From: a virus
Taxonomy: Duplodnaviria; Caudoviricetes
DNA length: 61,028 bases
Direction: 5' to 3' (one strand)
Virus record (IMG/VR): IMGVR_UViG_3300036774_000039
Coordinates: 1-61,028 of that record
The first letter of the stretch is position 1. Every line of letters starts with the position of its first letter. Below, piece by piece: positions 1-8,983 of the stretch. A program made the position numbers and the translations under genes. The notes under the pieces were generated by a model. The model was not told the DNA's origin. It saw nothing but the letters and a program-made list of their open reading frames with translations, and did no database searches.

Positions 1-123
1 CCGCCCCGCACCGTTCAAACCCATGAGGTAGTGCCATGGCTTCGGCTCCAGCACTACGAGTACCAGTACAGGTTTTAATCCCCCCGGCGACTCCAGCCCC
101 GACCCAGACTATCTGGACGGAGA
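1..123. repeat. Terminal direct repeat, copy 1 (circular overlap)
   Basis: Bases 1-123 are identical to 60906-61028, and the repeat cuts through coding sequence. Confidence 0.95.
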
Positions 124-2021
124 TTTCTCAGCCTTACGCTTCACGACGCGCTCCCGCCCTTCTTACGGCAATTATGGCGGGGTCACTCTTTATGCCCTTC
201 CCTGTTCAGGCTCCCGTCCCACGGATGGATTCGTGGAATGGACAGAAGCCTGATGTCATTTTTAGGGCCAAAGAAGAACGATACGCCTATCCGTCATTCT
301 TCGCTCCTGAACGTCAGCCTCTTCCCAGAGACAATAGCTGGCAGGGTCAATGGCCGGACTATCTCTTTAAGCCGAAAGAGGAACGGTACGCTTACCCATC
401 ATATTTCGGGATAGAGAATCAGTCTTTCCCCAGAGGGCAGGAATGGTACGGTCAATACCCGGATGCAATCTCCCGGGTACGCGATCTCCGGTATACCTAT
501 GAGAGCTTCTTCTCTCCATTCGTAACGGCCGCTCCGGTTGTTCTTCCTGATAGGTGGCTTCCATCTCTAGAGAAACAAGCCGATAGACTCAAAGATCAGC
601 AATATATCTCTGACTCTGAGTTTTCGCCTGATCCCATACCTATCGTTCTTGCAGATAGATGGCACCCTCTGATTGAAGTCAGGGCCAATGACTTCAAAGA
701 CCAGACGTATATCGTCGATCAAAACTGGTTCTGGGATTCTTCCTATGCCGCAGACTATTCGGGTTCACTATATCCATCCCTAGTAAAACAGGCTGATAGA
801 CTTAAGGATCAGCAATACATTACCGATTCCGAGTTCTCTCCTGATCCTATTCCTATAGTTTTAGCCGATAAGTGGCATCCTCTCATAGAGGTTAAGGCTA
901 ATGATTTTAAGGATCAGACGTATATCGTTGACCAGTCATGGTTCTGGGACTCGACGTACGATGCTGACTATTCGGGAACATGGCAGTATCAGGACGTAAA
1001 TCCCTTTGAGAGACCCGACAATCGCTGGACAGCCCCATGGGAAGCACGCACAGATATAGTCATTGGTGCAGTAATCTATGCGGATAAATGGATAGGATAT
1101 CAACCGGACATACTCTTTAGAGCTAAAGACTTAAGGATTCTCTATCCGTCTCTTTCGTGGCCCGAAATCCAACCAGTTCCAAGGATGGATGGATGGTCGT
1201 CTACTACTCTCCCAAGTTTCTTTAAGGGTAAAGAAGAAAGGTACCTTTACCCTTCGATATTCTGGCCCGAGATCTTACCACCTATATTTGTCGATAGGTG
1301 GATAGGCTTTCAACCTGATATTATTTTTAGAAAGACGGATCCTAGGTTCACTTATCCTAGTCTAGCTTTCTATCCACTCCCACTTCCTTCACCTATTTTC
1401 TTAGATAAGTGGGTCCCGGACTATCCCGACCGGATCGACCGTCTGCAGTCGAGGACGTGGATCACGTACCCGGTTCTCGAGCTCACGCAGAGCCAGCGCC
1501 CGGAGACGATCTACCCTGATAAGTGGCTCTGGGTGTACCCAGATTACTTCAGGGCGAAGGAAGAGCGCTACCTCTATCCGAGCCTCTCCTGGCCCGAGAT
1601 TCAACCCCTGGTGCTGCCTGACCGCTACTACGAGCCAATCGTACAGCCCGTCCAGCGAGTCTTCCGGCAGTACGACCGGCCCGGCGACGTCTTTGTGGTC
1701 GCCCCGGCGTTCAACAAACTGGACTGGATTCCGAGCGTCCCCGATTTCATCAATCGGCTGAAGAACCAGAATTACATCACGATCGGGGATCTCATTCTCA
1801 CGCCGGCCCAGAGGCCGGAGATTATCACGCTCGACAAGTGGTATAACCAGACATCGCTACCATTCCATCTCTTTAACTTACGGCGCTTACAGTATCTCTA
1901 TCCAGACGTTAGCGAGTGGTTTGTAGGAGTTCCTATAAACGCAGGACATAACACACGCCTCATCATAGTCGAGGGACGTCTTGCTTACAAGGTTGGTAAA
2001 ATCGAATATATATGGCTATAA
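36..2021 (+). CDS. Pro/Trp/Tyr-rich repeat protein of unknown function, at the end of the virion module
   Basis: 661 aa ORF with GAGG upstream. Many degenerate repeats of W-x-G-x-x-P-D-x-x-F-R-x-K-[DE]-x-R-Y-x-Y-P-S. Confidence 0.75.
   Translation: MASAPALRVPVQVLIPPATPAPTQTIWTEISQPYASRRAPALLTAIMAGSLFMPFPVQAPVPRMDSWNGQKPDVIFRAKEERYAYPSFFAPERQPLPRDNSWQGQWPDYLFKPKEERYAYPSYFGIENQSFPRGQEWYGQYPDAISRVRDLRYTYESFFSPFVTAAPVVLPDRWLPSLEKQADRLKDQQYISDSEFSPDPIPIVLADRWHPLIEVRANDFKDQTYIVDQNWFWDSSYAADYSGSLYPSLVKQADRLKDQQYITDSEFSPDPIPIVLADKWHPLIEVKANDFKDQTYIVDQSWFWDSTYDADYSGTWQYQDVNPFERPDNRWTAPWEARTDIVIGAVIYADKWIGYQPDILFRAKDLRILYPSLSWPEIQPVPRMDGWSSTTLPSFFKGKEERYLYPSIFWPEILPPIFVDRWIGFQPDIIFRKTDPRFTYPSLAFYPLPLPSPIFLDKWVPDYPDRIDRLQSRTWITYPVLELTQSQRPETIYPDKWLWVYPDYFRAKEERYLYPSLSWPEIQPLVLPDRYYEPIVQPVQRVFRQYDRPGDVFVVAPAFNKLDWIPSVPDFINRLKNQNYITIGDLILTPAQRPEIITLDKWYNQTSLPFHLFNLRRLQYLYPDVSEWFVGVPINAGHNTRLIIVEGRLAYKVGKIEYIWL
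561..975 (+). repeat. 213-nt (71-codon) tandem duplication inside the repeat protein
   Basis: PSLEKQADRLKDQQYISDSEFSPDPIP... (from 561) versus PSLVKQADRLKDQQYITDSEFSPDPIP... (from 774). Confidence 0.9.
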
Positions 2022-2034
2022 CTGGGGGAGATTT

Positions 2035-2370
2035 ATGACACCGGAAATGATAAAACGCGGTGGGAGGGGGGTCCTAACTGTGTCCCTGTCCGTCATCGCT
2101 GCGTTCGGAGGGGGGATGGTGGGAGCAGTATACTCTTCCGGGAAGATGTATCAGCAGGTTCAGGACATCCGATTCGACGTCAACTCTTTGCAGAGCGACG
2201 TCAGACGTCTCGACCAGTCCGATCTGAGTCAGAAAGAGAAAATCGAGGCGCATGAGGTACGGATTGACAACCACGACAACCTCCTGAAGGAAATCCACGC
2301 GGAGCATCAGGCGATGATACGTTCTCTGGGGAGGATTGAGGGGAAGCTGAATTTCATGTCTGAGAAGTGA
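2035..2370 (+). CDS. Single-TM coiled-coil membrane protein (possible lysis accessory)
   Basis: GGGAG RBS before ATG 2035. Hydrophobic N-terminal segment followed by a heptad-like region ending LGRIEGKL. Confidence 0.7.
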   Translation: MTPEMIKRGGRGVLTVSLSVIAAFGGGMVGAVYSSGKMYQQVQDIRFDVNSLQSDVRRLDQSDLSQKEKIEAHEVRIDNHDNLLKEIHAEHQAMIRSLGRIEGKLNFMSEK

Positions 2371-2371
2371 G

Positions 2372-2466
2372 AAAGCGCCAGGTCTAGTGAGAAATGCCGG
2401 CGACGTGACCAGGACCGCGCATCCCGGTGTGTCCATCGTTCGGTCAATCTCCTAGACCTGTGCCCC
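2372..2466 (-). ncRNA. Putative structured small RNA
   Basis: CAGGTCTAG (2379-2387) and CTAGACCTG (2452-2460) plus GAGA/TCTC form a long closing stem. It lies just downstream of a candidate leftward promoter. Confidence 0.4.
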
Positions 2467-2479
2467 TTACCGCAAGCGC

Positions 2480-2509
2480 AAGATAAGAATCAATCACCGT
2501 TATTGTCAA
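2480..2509 (-). promoter_or_regulatory. Candidate leftward sigma70-type promoter
   Basis: Minus strand reads TTGACA-18 nt-TATCTT. Confidence 0.5.
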
Positions 2510-2577
2510 GTAGAATCACGTAGCAAAGACCGCGCCACAATCCCCGGAAATAGTCTCATCTTTTTATCCATTTCCTA

Positions 2578-2606
2578 TTGACAAGCGCCTTCGGATATGC
2601 TATATT
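2578..2606 (+). promoter_or_regulatory. Rightward sigma70-type promoter of the early arm
   Basis: TTGACA (2578-2583), 17 nt spacer, TATATT (2601-2606), with an extended -10 TG. Confidence 0.8.
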
Positions 2607-2645
2607 GTGTGCGTTCAAAGGCACACAAACAATCAGAAGGAAGCC

Positions 2646-2870
2646 ATGCCGAGGAAACCCATTCCCCAGAAAGACCCGAACAGGCTCAGAACGCATCGCG
2701 TACCGGTTCACTTCAATGACGCGGAGCTCTCCCTCCTGGACAAACTCGTCCACCGCTACCACAAGGCAACGATCAACCAACTCCTCACGACACCGCTCGT
2801 CGACCGCTCCAGCCTGATCCGCTACATGGTCGTGAAGGCGGCGCTGGCCCTGCCGAAGGAGGGGAAGTGA
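2646..2870 (+). CDS. Small regulator, ribbon-helix-helix-like
   Basis: First gene after the promoter. RTHRVPVHFNDAELSLLD...RSSLIRYMV resembles an RHH strand-helix-helix pattern. Confidence 0.55.
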   Translation: MPRKPIPQKDPNRLRTHRVPVHFNDAELSLLDKLVHRYHKATINQLLTTPLVDRSSLIRYMVVKAALALPKEGK

Positions 2871-2998
2871 AACTCTGGAAACTCGCCGTGATACTCGGCC
2901 TCTTTGCTGCAGGATTCTATGCCGGCATGAGAGCAAAGGAAAAGTACGATAACGCCGATAACAGGCCCGAGGGGGGAGACCTATGGCCCTCCGAATAG
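2867..2998 (+). CDS. Small membrane peptide (not in ORF track)
   Basis: GTGA overlap with the upstream stop; translates MKLWKLAVILGLFAAGFYAGMRAKEK... Confidence 0.55.
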   Translation: MKLWKLAVILGLFAAGFYAGMRAKEKYDNADNRPEGGDLWPSE

Positions 2999-3180
2999 AA
3001 GGAAGCCGTGACCTCTGGGACTACTCCTGGAGGCAACGCAAGAGAATGTACCGCATCGTCCTGCAGAGGCCGTATCGGTTCTACCTGTTATTCCTCACCC
3101 TCTGGAGTGTGTTCGTATGCTGGAGGGCGTACGTGATCCCGATGATGAAATCAGCCAACCGAATGAAGGGCGTCGAATGA
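2983..3180 (+). CDS. Small membrane protein
   Basis: GGAG RBS, one hydrophobic segment, ATGA coupling to the next gene. Confidence 0.6.
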   Translation: MALRIEGSRDLWDYSWRQRKRMYRIVLQRPYRFYLLFLTLWSVFVCWRAYVIPMMKSANRMKGVE

Positions 3181-4046
3181 AGATCGAACTGAAAGAAATC
3201 GTCGAAATCAACGGGAAAAAGGTGCTTCGCGTCACAACTGTCGACGAGCGGTGGTACATCGACCTCGAGGTGAAGGACAGGCCGTTCCCCTCTATGACGT
3301 GGATCTCCGGCTACTATCCCAAGGGCAAGGGCTTCTACATCTGGCTCTCGCAACACGGATGGGACGAGGCTCAGGCGATCACACAGGACGCGGCCGACAA
3401 GGGGAGCAGAGTCCATCATGCGATCGACGCTCTCTTCAAGGGCGCGACGCTTCACATGGAAGACCGATTCCCTGACAGCGAGGGAGTCGAGGGGGAATTC
3501 TCTCTCGAGGAGTGGGAGTGCGTCATGGCGGTCAACGACTGGTGGAACGAGATGAAGAAACTCGGCGCAGTCGACATGAACCAGAGCGAGAAGACGGTCT
3601 ACAACCGCACACTCTGGTACGCCGGGACGCAGGACCGGAAGATCAAGATCCCCGCTCAGAAGGTGCCCACCAAAGTGAAGAAGGGCGAGGAGCCGAAATT
3701 CGAGATCATCCCCGAGCAGATATGGATATTCGACTTCAAGACGGGGCAGAATGTGTGGCCCTCTCACGAAATCCAACTCACCGGCTACAAACACTGCGAC
3801 GGGAACGAAGACGTCACCCATCTGGGCATCGTCCAGATCGGCTACCGGGCGAACAAGCGCGGGTGGAAAGTGACCGAAGTGCAGGATCAGCCGGCCCTCC
3901 TGAATGCAGCGTACACGATCTGGAAGAAGGAGAACGACGGGAAGAAGCCGGCCCAGAAAGACTATCCCCTCTCCATCTCGTTCGTCGATGGAGAAACATA
4001 CATCCAACTCGATACGGAGGCGTCGCGTGAAAGTAACCCAGCGTAA
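3177..4046 (+). CDS. PD-(D/E)XK exonuclease (Cas4/RecB-like phage exonuclease)
   Basis: Motifs PSMTWI, AADKGSRVH, E...YAGTQD, IFDFKTG and QLTGY. Confidence 0.8.
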   Translation: MKIELKEIVEINGKKVLRVTTVDERWYIDLEVKDRPFPSMTWISGYYPKGKGFYIWLSQHGWDEAQAITQDAADKGSRVHHAIDALFKGATLHMEDRFPDSEGVEGEFSLEEWECVMAVNDWWNEMKKLGAVDMNQSEKTVYNRTLWYAGTQDRKIKIPAQKVPTKVKKGEEPKFEIIPEQIWIFDFKTGQNVWPSHEIQLTGYKHCDGNEDVTHLGIVQIGYRANKRGWKVTEVQDQPALLNAAYTIWKKENDGKKPAQKDYPLSISFVDGETYIQLDTEASRESNPA

Positions 4047-4374
4047 TTTGAAGTGCCTGTTCACCGAAGAGGAAATCTCGGAGAAGTCCAAACGACTCGC
4101 CCAGAACTGCAAAGAGCGGTCGGAGTACGAGGAGGCAAAGAAGGCGACGGTGTCCGATTTCAAGTCGAAGATTGACGGGCTTTCGGCGCACATCTCGCTT
4201 CTCTCGAACCATATCAACAACGGTTACGAGTACCGGGACGTCGAGTGCGAGGTGAGGATGAACGTGCCGGCAGTCGGGTCGAAGACGATCATCAGGAAGG
4301 ACACCGGGGAGATCGTCACGATCGAGGCGATGCGCCCGGAAGAGATGCAGGAAGACCTACCGCTGGAGGAGTGA
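4027..4374 (+). CDS. Hypothetical coiled-coil phage protein
   Basis: GTG start overlapping the upstream gene; GYEYRDVEC...RKDTGEIV..EAMRPEEMQ. Confidence 0.7.
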   Translation: MKVTQRNLKCLFTEEEISEKSKRLAQNCKERSEYEEAKKATVSDFKSKIDGLSAHISLLSNHINNGYEYRDVECEVRMNVPAVGSKTIIRKDTGEIVTIEAMRPEEMQEDLPLEE

Positions 4375-4499
4375 TGACCGACGAGGAGGCTTCCCCGCCC
4401 GAGATGTTTCTCTTCATCGTGGTCGCTATTTTCGCCATCGCCGTGTTCTGGTATGGCATCTACGAATTCGTAAACTGGATCATTCAAAAGCTGGGGTGA
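4374..4499 (+). CDS. Small membrane peptide
   Basis: GGAGGAG RBS and TGATG coupling; one hydrophobic helix. Confidence 0.55.
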   Translation: MTDEEASPPEMFLFIVVAIFAIAVFWYGIYEFVNWIIQKLG

Positions 4500-4508
4500 C
4501 GGGTCGCT

Positions 4509-5042
4509 ATGAAACTGATGCCGGACGTGGGGTTTAAGAATTACTATGCTGGAGACGATGGCTTTATATACAGCATGAAAGTGAAGGGCAATACAACCCG
4601 AACCCTTGACCATCCAAAACGTATTTACTCCTACCTAGCAAAGAATGGCTATCTTATGGTCAGGCTTTACCGTGGCGGGAGGGGGACCGGGAAGACGGTG
4701 TCTGTGCATTCTCTCGTCTGTGAAGCATTCTATGGGCCACGACCGGAGGGGAAAGAGGTGTGCCACGGTGGAGTAAACAGACAAGACAATAGACCCGAGA
4801 ACCTGTCTTGGGGGACACACACGAAGAACCTCGGGGATGATTGCCTCCGGGATGGGACTCATAGGCGGGGCGAGAGGCAGGGCTCCCATAAATTAACCGA
4901 GCGAGACGTGGTGAATATCTTTAGAAAGACTAGAAGCCAGAGCCAAAAATCTGTTGCCGATGAATACAAGGTAAGCCAATCAACCGTGAGCAATATCGTG
5001 CGACGAAAAAGATGGTCGTGGTTAAACATGGAGACCGTATGA
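4509..5042 (+). CDS. Free-standing HNH homing endonuclease with C-terminal HTH
   Basis: GYLMVRL, VHSLVCEAFYGPRP, VCH...DNRPENLSWGT, and SQKSVADEYKVSQSTVSNIV. Confidence 0.85.
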   Translation: MKLMPDVGFKNYYAGDDGFIYSMKVKGNTTRTLDHPKRIYSYLAKNGYLMVRLYRGGRGTGKTVSVHSLVCEAFYGPRPEGKEVCHGGVNRQDNRPENLSWGTHTKNLGDDCLRDGTHRRGERQGSHKLTERDVVNIFRKTRSQSQKSVADEYKVSQSTVSNIVRRKRWSWLNMETV

Positions 5043-5890
5043 TTAAGAATTTGGGCAGAAGAATATCGACAGACCCCAGAAAAATAAAAACTGGGATGAA
5101 GAGACCTGGGACAGATTTACCGATGGCTACAGATTTTTTCGTGATCGACAAGATCCCCGAACTGGTCAAGATGTACGGAGAGAAGCCACAGAGCCTCCTG
5201 GTCATCATGCCCAGCGACAACATCAGCGAAGTCTTCACCGCCCGGTATGTCCTCTACGGTGGGAAAACGGCGAATAAGGCCGGCTCCGTCATCCGGCATT
5301 GCGATGGAGAGACATGCTTCCACCGGATCGCCGAGAACGTCGGAGGGGAGCAATTCGGTCAGGGGGAGATCACCGGCTGTATCTGCAAGAGCCTACAACT
5401 CGCGGAGAACGAGAACAAGGACATTCGCTCGAAAGCCTGTAAGGTGGAGTGCCAACTCCGGGCGTGGGTCGCCGATCCGAAGACCGGGAAGGCCGACCTG
5501 ATGTCGCCGTTCCTCTTCGAGAGCCATTCGATCAACACAGCGCGGGAGATCAGCACCGCCCTGGAGAGCGTCGCCGGCATCACCTCCATGCTCACCGGGG
5601 GGGCGGTAAAACTGCACATGCAGCCTTTCGTTTTGACGGTGAAAATGGTAGATTCTCCCAGTGACCCGAGGGCGAAATTCCCTGTCTGGAAGATGCGCTC
5701 GGCGCTCAACTCGGTCACGCAGATGCGCGACAAACTGATGAAACTCTCCCATGCGCTCGGATGGGATGAGGAGATCAAAAAGAATCTTCTCGCTGGCGCG
5801 CAAAAGGAGATCGGTGGAGCGGCGGTCGCAATGATCGAGGAACAGAAACCGACGAGCACGATCGACGAACTTTTCCCGGAGAATCCATGA
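5039..5890 (+). CDS. Recombination directionality factor (Gp3)-like phage recombination protein
   Basis: KIKTG...PMATDFF...YGEKP..L.VIMP...CDGE...C.C...C pattern, located near the exonuclease. Confidence 0.6.
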   Translation: MIKNLGRRISTDPRKIKTGMKRPGTDLPMATDFFVIDKIPELVKMYGEKPQSLLVIMPSDNISEVFTARYVLYGGKTANKAGSVIRHCDGETCFHRIAENVGGEQFGQGEITGCICKSLQLAENENKDIRSKACKVECQLRAWVADPKTGKADLMSPFLFESHSINTAREISTALESVAGITSMLTGGAVKLHMQPFVLTVKMVDSPSDPRAKFPVWKMRSALNSVTQMRDKLMKLSHALGWDEEIKKNLLAGAQKEIGGAAVAMIEEQKPTSTIDELFPENP

Positions 5891-7245
5891 CACTCTACAC
5901 GCTTGCAGGACCCGTTCTGTCTCTCACGCAGAACGGGTTCACTTCAGTCGTTCTCGGTTGGACAAACATATCCGTAGGAGAATACGCTCAAGCGGCTCCG
6001 ATTGTCGCGTACAGGCTCTATCGCGGTCTCGGGGTGAACCCCCAGTCCTTTACGCTTATTGCTTCTCTGGGCAACGTTCTCACCTACACAGACAATACCG
6101 TTTCCTCTGGGACGGTGTATACCTACTACGTCCAGGGGATCTACGAGACGGGGACGACAACCGCATGGTCGAATCTCCTCACGTTCCAGACGCTCGCTCT
6201 ACAGTACGTCTATACCCTTCGGACATCAGGCGGTCAGCTTGATATCTACGATGTGAGCAACGTCAACTCGCCCACGTTTGTCCAGACGAGAAACCCCGGG
6301 GTGAGCAATTCAATCCCGTGGATTTCTTTTTCTCAAGCGGACTATATGTGGATCGACGGGAATGGGCAGATTTTCCTTTTCCAGTGGGGCGGCTCTCCCC
6401 TGAATCCGACATTCGTTGGCGGTGGCGCGTGGCTCAATGTGGGGACGGGACAGGCGATCATGCGTAGAGGGACGGCAACACGGAACAACCTCTTCTTCGC
6501 TGCCAACGGTGGTGCGAATATCAAGAGCTACGACATTTCAACCGTCACAACTCCCGTCCTAAAATCAACGGTAAGCTGGACTGTCGCGGCATCAGCTACG
6601 CGAGCGATGGCCTTCGATGCAGTAAACAATCACCTTATTCTCTGGGAAAGAAACGGATCGACAGAGGGTGGGATGGAATTGTGGGATGTCGCTGCAGACG
6701 GGACTCTTTCCCAGAACGGCACAACGACAAAGTATTTCCATCTGGACAATGGCGGGCGAGATTTTGCAAACTGTTTCATGTATAATGGGTTCTACTATAT
6801 CGTCTCTTCGTATCCCGATGGTCTCAGTTCCAATCTGCAGAGGTTCAGGGTGGATGGCTCGGGGCAGGACAACAGCTACGGGTCGGCCCATATGAGCGGG
6901 GGAAGCGCGACGGTCAACGCTTGTTCCGCGCGCGTTCAGGGTCACTATGCGTATTTCGGGAAGAACAACAACGGTCTCGAATCTCACAAATCTGTGTTCA
7001 TCGTCGACCTGAACAATTCGGCATCCGTAACAGAGCTCGGGACGGTGAATGCAACGTGCAATGGTCTCATGCTCAGCGGGAACTATCTCCTGTTTACCGA
7101 AGGGAGCACGCTGTTCATCTACGATGTCACTACGCCCACCAATCCCCAGTTTCTCGGCTCCTGCAACAACGGCCCGGCGGTCTTTAACGGCATCACGGGA
7201 TATCTGGGGGATGGGTGGGGCAATAACGGTCTGTGCTCGCTATGA
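5887..7245 (+). CDS. FN3 domain plus LVIVD-repeat beta-propeller protein
   Basis: FN3-like YRLYRG...YTDNTVSSGTVYTYYVQ...WSN. Repeats LDIYDVSNVNSP, IKSYDISTVTTP and LFIYDVTTPTNPQFLG. Confidence 0.75.
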   Translation: MTLYTLAGPVLSLTQNGFTSVVLGWTNISVGEYAQAAPIVAYRLYRGLGVNPQSFTLIASLGNVLTYTDNTVSSGTVYTYYVQGIYETGTTTAWSNLLTFQTLALQYVYTLRTSGGQLDIYDVSNVNSPTFVQTRNPGVSNSIPWISFSQADYMWIDGNGQIFLFQWGGSPLNPTFVGGGAWLNVGTGQAIMRRGTATRNNLFFAANGGANIKSYDISTVTTPVLKSTVSWTVAASATRAMAFDAVNNHLILWERNGSTEGGMELWDVAADGTLSQNGTTTKYFHLDNGGRDFANCFMYNGFYYIVSSYPDGLSSNLQRFRVDGSGQDNSYGSAHMSGGSATVNACSARVQGHYAYFGKNNNGLESHKSVFIVDLNNSASVTELGTVNATCNGLMLSGNYLLFTEGSTLFIYDVTTPTNPQFLGSCNNGPAVFNGITGYLGDGWGNNGLCSL

Positions 7246-7619
7246 TCGAAGACGCGGTGTTGATAGCCGAACGGATCGGGCAACTGATGAAGGTTTTGAA
7301 GGAGCCTCTCGACCGGTCGGATGTACGTCGCCTGATGGATGAGCTCGATTTCAGGCAACAGTGGCTCATAGAGAGCGCGGAGATGGTCGCCCAGACACAA
7401 TTCATCCTGGACGAAGCGAGTGAGAAGGCAAAGAACGAGCTCCTCAAGGATACGGTCGATGTGCCGGCAACGCAGTTCAAGGTGGCTCTCGCTGCCGCTA
7501 CGAAGCATGAACGCCGGCTGTCCAAGCTCGCAGAACAACTCCACGCAGACCTGGGGAAGCAGATCGGGGGGATCATCACTCTCCTCTCGACGGAGAAACA
7601 GCTTATGATGATCCGCTGA
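7242..7619 (+). CDS. Hypothetical helical protein
   Basis: ATGA and TGATG coupling to both neighbours. Confidence 0.65.
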   Translation: MIEDAVLIAERIGQLMKVLKEPLDRSDVRRLMDELDFRQQWLIESAEMVAQTQFILDEASEKAKNELLKDTVDVPATQFKVALAAATKHERRLSKLAEQLHADLGKQIGGIITLLSTEKQLMMIR

Positions 7620-7909
7620 TGCCGGCCGTCCCAAAGTATAAACCGTATCGCAATAAGAAGATCCTCGAATTCGCCAAAGGCAAACCGTGTCAGAACTGCG
7701 GGAAACAAGACGGTACTGTTGTAGCGGCGCACTCAAACCTTATGTCGGACGGCAAGGGGACCGGGAAGAAGTCGGACGATTGCTTCACGGCGTATCTCTG
7801 CGCCGAATGTCACGGCCTCTACGACAGGGGTATGATGACGCAAATCTCATTCGACCAGGCGATGAAGAAAACATGGAAACTCCTCCTCGAGAACGGAGTC
7901 CTCAAATGA
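7619..7909 (+). CDS. DUF1364/YbcO-like HNH-fold zinc nuclease
   Basis: CQNCG...VVAAHSN...GKGTGKKSDD...AYLCAECH..YD. Confidence 0.75.
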   Translation: MPAVPKYKPYRNKKILEFAKGKPCQNCGKQDGTVVAAHSNLMSDGKGTGKKSDDCFTAYLCAECHGLYDRGMMTQISFDQAMKKTWKLLLENGVLK

Positions 7910-8073
7910 GAGTCTACCGCATATTCGCCGGCATACCGTGGCCCTACAAGGCCAAGAAGAAAGGGCTCCAGGTATTCATCGGGAGTATATTCCGACAGCC
8001 GGATCGCCCTGCGTCGTTTGACGGTGAGAAGTGGTGGGTGCAGGGTGATGATGGAAGGTGGTACATCTATTGA
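7906..8073 (+). CDS. Small hypothetical protein
   Basis: ATGA-coupled C-terminal part of ORF 7687..8073. Confidence 0.5.
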   Translation: MRVYRIFAGIPWPYKAKKKGLQVFIGSIFRQPDRPASFDGEKWWVQGDDGRWYIY

Positions 8074-8378
8074 ACCAGACCGACGCAACAACCCGTCAGA
8101 TCCTCGAGTGGCTCGAGTGGAATCATCACTACGCCCGGAGACACAACCAGATACCGGTCAGAGGCAGGAAACTCCCCGAGGAGAATCTCGGCATCGGCGA
8201 CATTGTGGGATGCACTCAGGATGGTCGCTACTTTGAAATCGAGGTAAAGACCGACCGCGACAGGCTCTCGGAGGCCCAGAAGAAGCACTCGATGGTTGTG
8301 CTGAAGCATCGCGGGGCGTATATCGTGGCAAAGACGTTCGACGATTTCCTGAAGCAGTCAAACCAACTGGAGGAATAA
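8058..8378 (+). CDS. VRR-NUC nuclease (Holliday junction resolvase-like)
   Basis: GIGDIVG...GRYFEIEVKT...LSEAQ...GAYIVAKTFDD. Confidence 0.85.
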   Translation: MVHLLNQTDATTRQILEWLEWNHHYARRHNQIPVRGRKLPEENLGIGDIVGCTQDGRYFEIEVKTDRDRLSEAQKKHSMVVLKHRGAYIVAKTFDDFLKQSNQLEE

Positions 8379-8650
8379 TGCCCCACCGAATAACCGAGCG
8401 GGACGATACTCAGAACGGACGCATTCTTTTGAACCTGAAGGGCTATCTCCATTCGACCCGCGAGGGATGGGTCCCGATGCCTACCCTTGCGAAATCGGGA
8501 TCAGACAGCGATGACGGATTCTGTATGGTCCACTCCCGCATCGCCGATCTCCGGGCAGACGGATATGTCATCGAACAAAAGTCGGAGAGAGAGGGTCGGA
8601 AGACGAAGTCGTTTTACCGTCTCGTCGAGCGGGAAGAGGTGCCGGCGTGA
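8378..8650 (+). CDS. Winged-helix DNA-binding protein
   Basis: TQNGRIL...HSRIADLRADGYVIE...YRL. Confidence 0.65.
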   Translation: MPHRITERDDTQNGRILLNLKGYLHSTREGWVPMPTLAKSGSDSDDGFCMVHSRIADLRADGYVIEQKSEREGRKTKSFYRLVEREEVPA

Positions 8651-8979
8651 AGAAGAAAGACGCCCCACGGTCGATCTGTAAGCATCCCAGGGCAAACGAG
8701 ATAGGGTTCCGGGCTTCAGACCGGTCGATCATCTGGTTCTGCCCCGACTGCCCAGAGGGTGTCCTTGCGAGAGAAGCGGTAGTCCGTGTTAAAACTGGGG
8801 AGACGTCTCCAGGTCGCCGCGTCGACGCGGTCGAAACACGGCTACCCATATTTAACGAGAGGCTGAATGCGACCACTGAGATCAGTGGATCAGGGGAAAG
8901 CGCCACCGGGACAAGCTCCCCGGCGAAGGTCTCGCTCCCCCAGTCTCTCGAGTTCAACGCCGACGAATTGCCGTTTTAG
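8647..8979 (+). CDS. Hypothetical zinc-binding protein with acidic DELPF tail
   Basis: CKH...CPDC; SSB-like C-terminus. Confidence 0.55.
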   Translation: MKKKDAPRSICKHPRANEIGFRASDRSIIWFCPDCPEGVLAREAVVRVKTGETSPGRRVDAVETRLPIFNERLNATTEISGSGESATGTSSPAKVSLPQSLEFNADELPF

Positions 8980-8983
8980 GCTA

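Noticed and set aside
561-975. Duplication as a DGR template/variable repeat pair
   Set aside because: The differences are mainly synonymous and not adenine-specific, and no reverse transcriptase was recognised.
3177-4046. cas4 of a CRISPR-Cas system
   Set aside because: No other cas genes or array are present; the context fits an ordinary phage exonuclease.
3081-4220. Long antisense ORFs (for example 3081-4220, 12358-13176, 29422-30264, 30534-31598, 49340-50170)
   Set aside because: They shadow well-supported plus-strand genes, show no motifs, and are expected from the codon bias.
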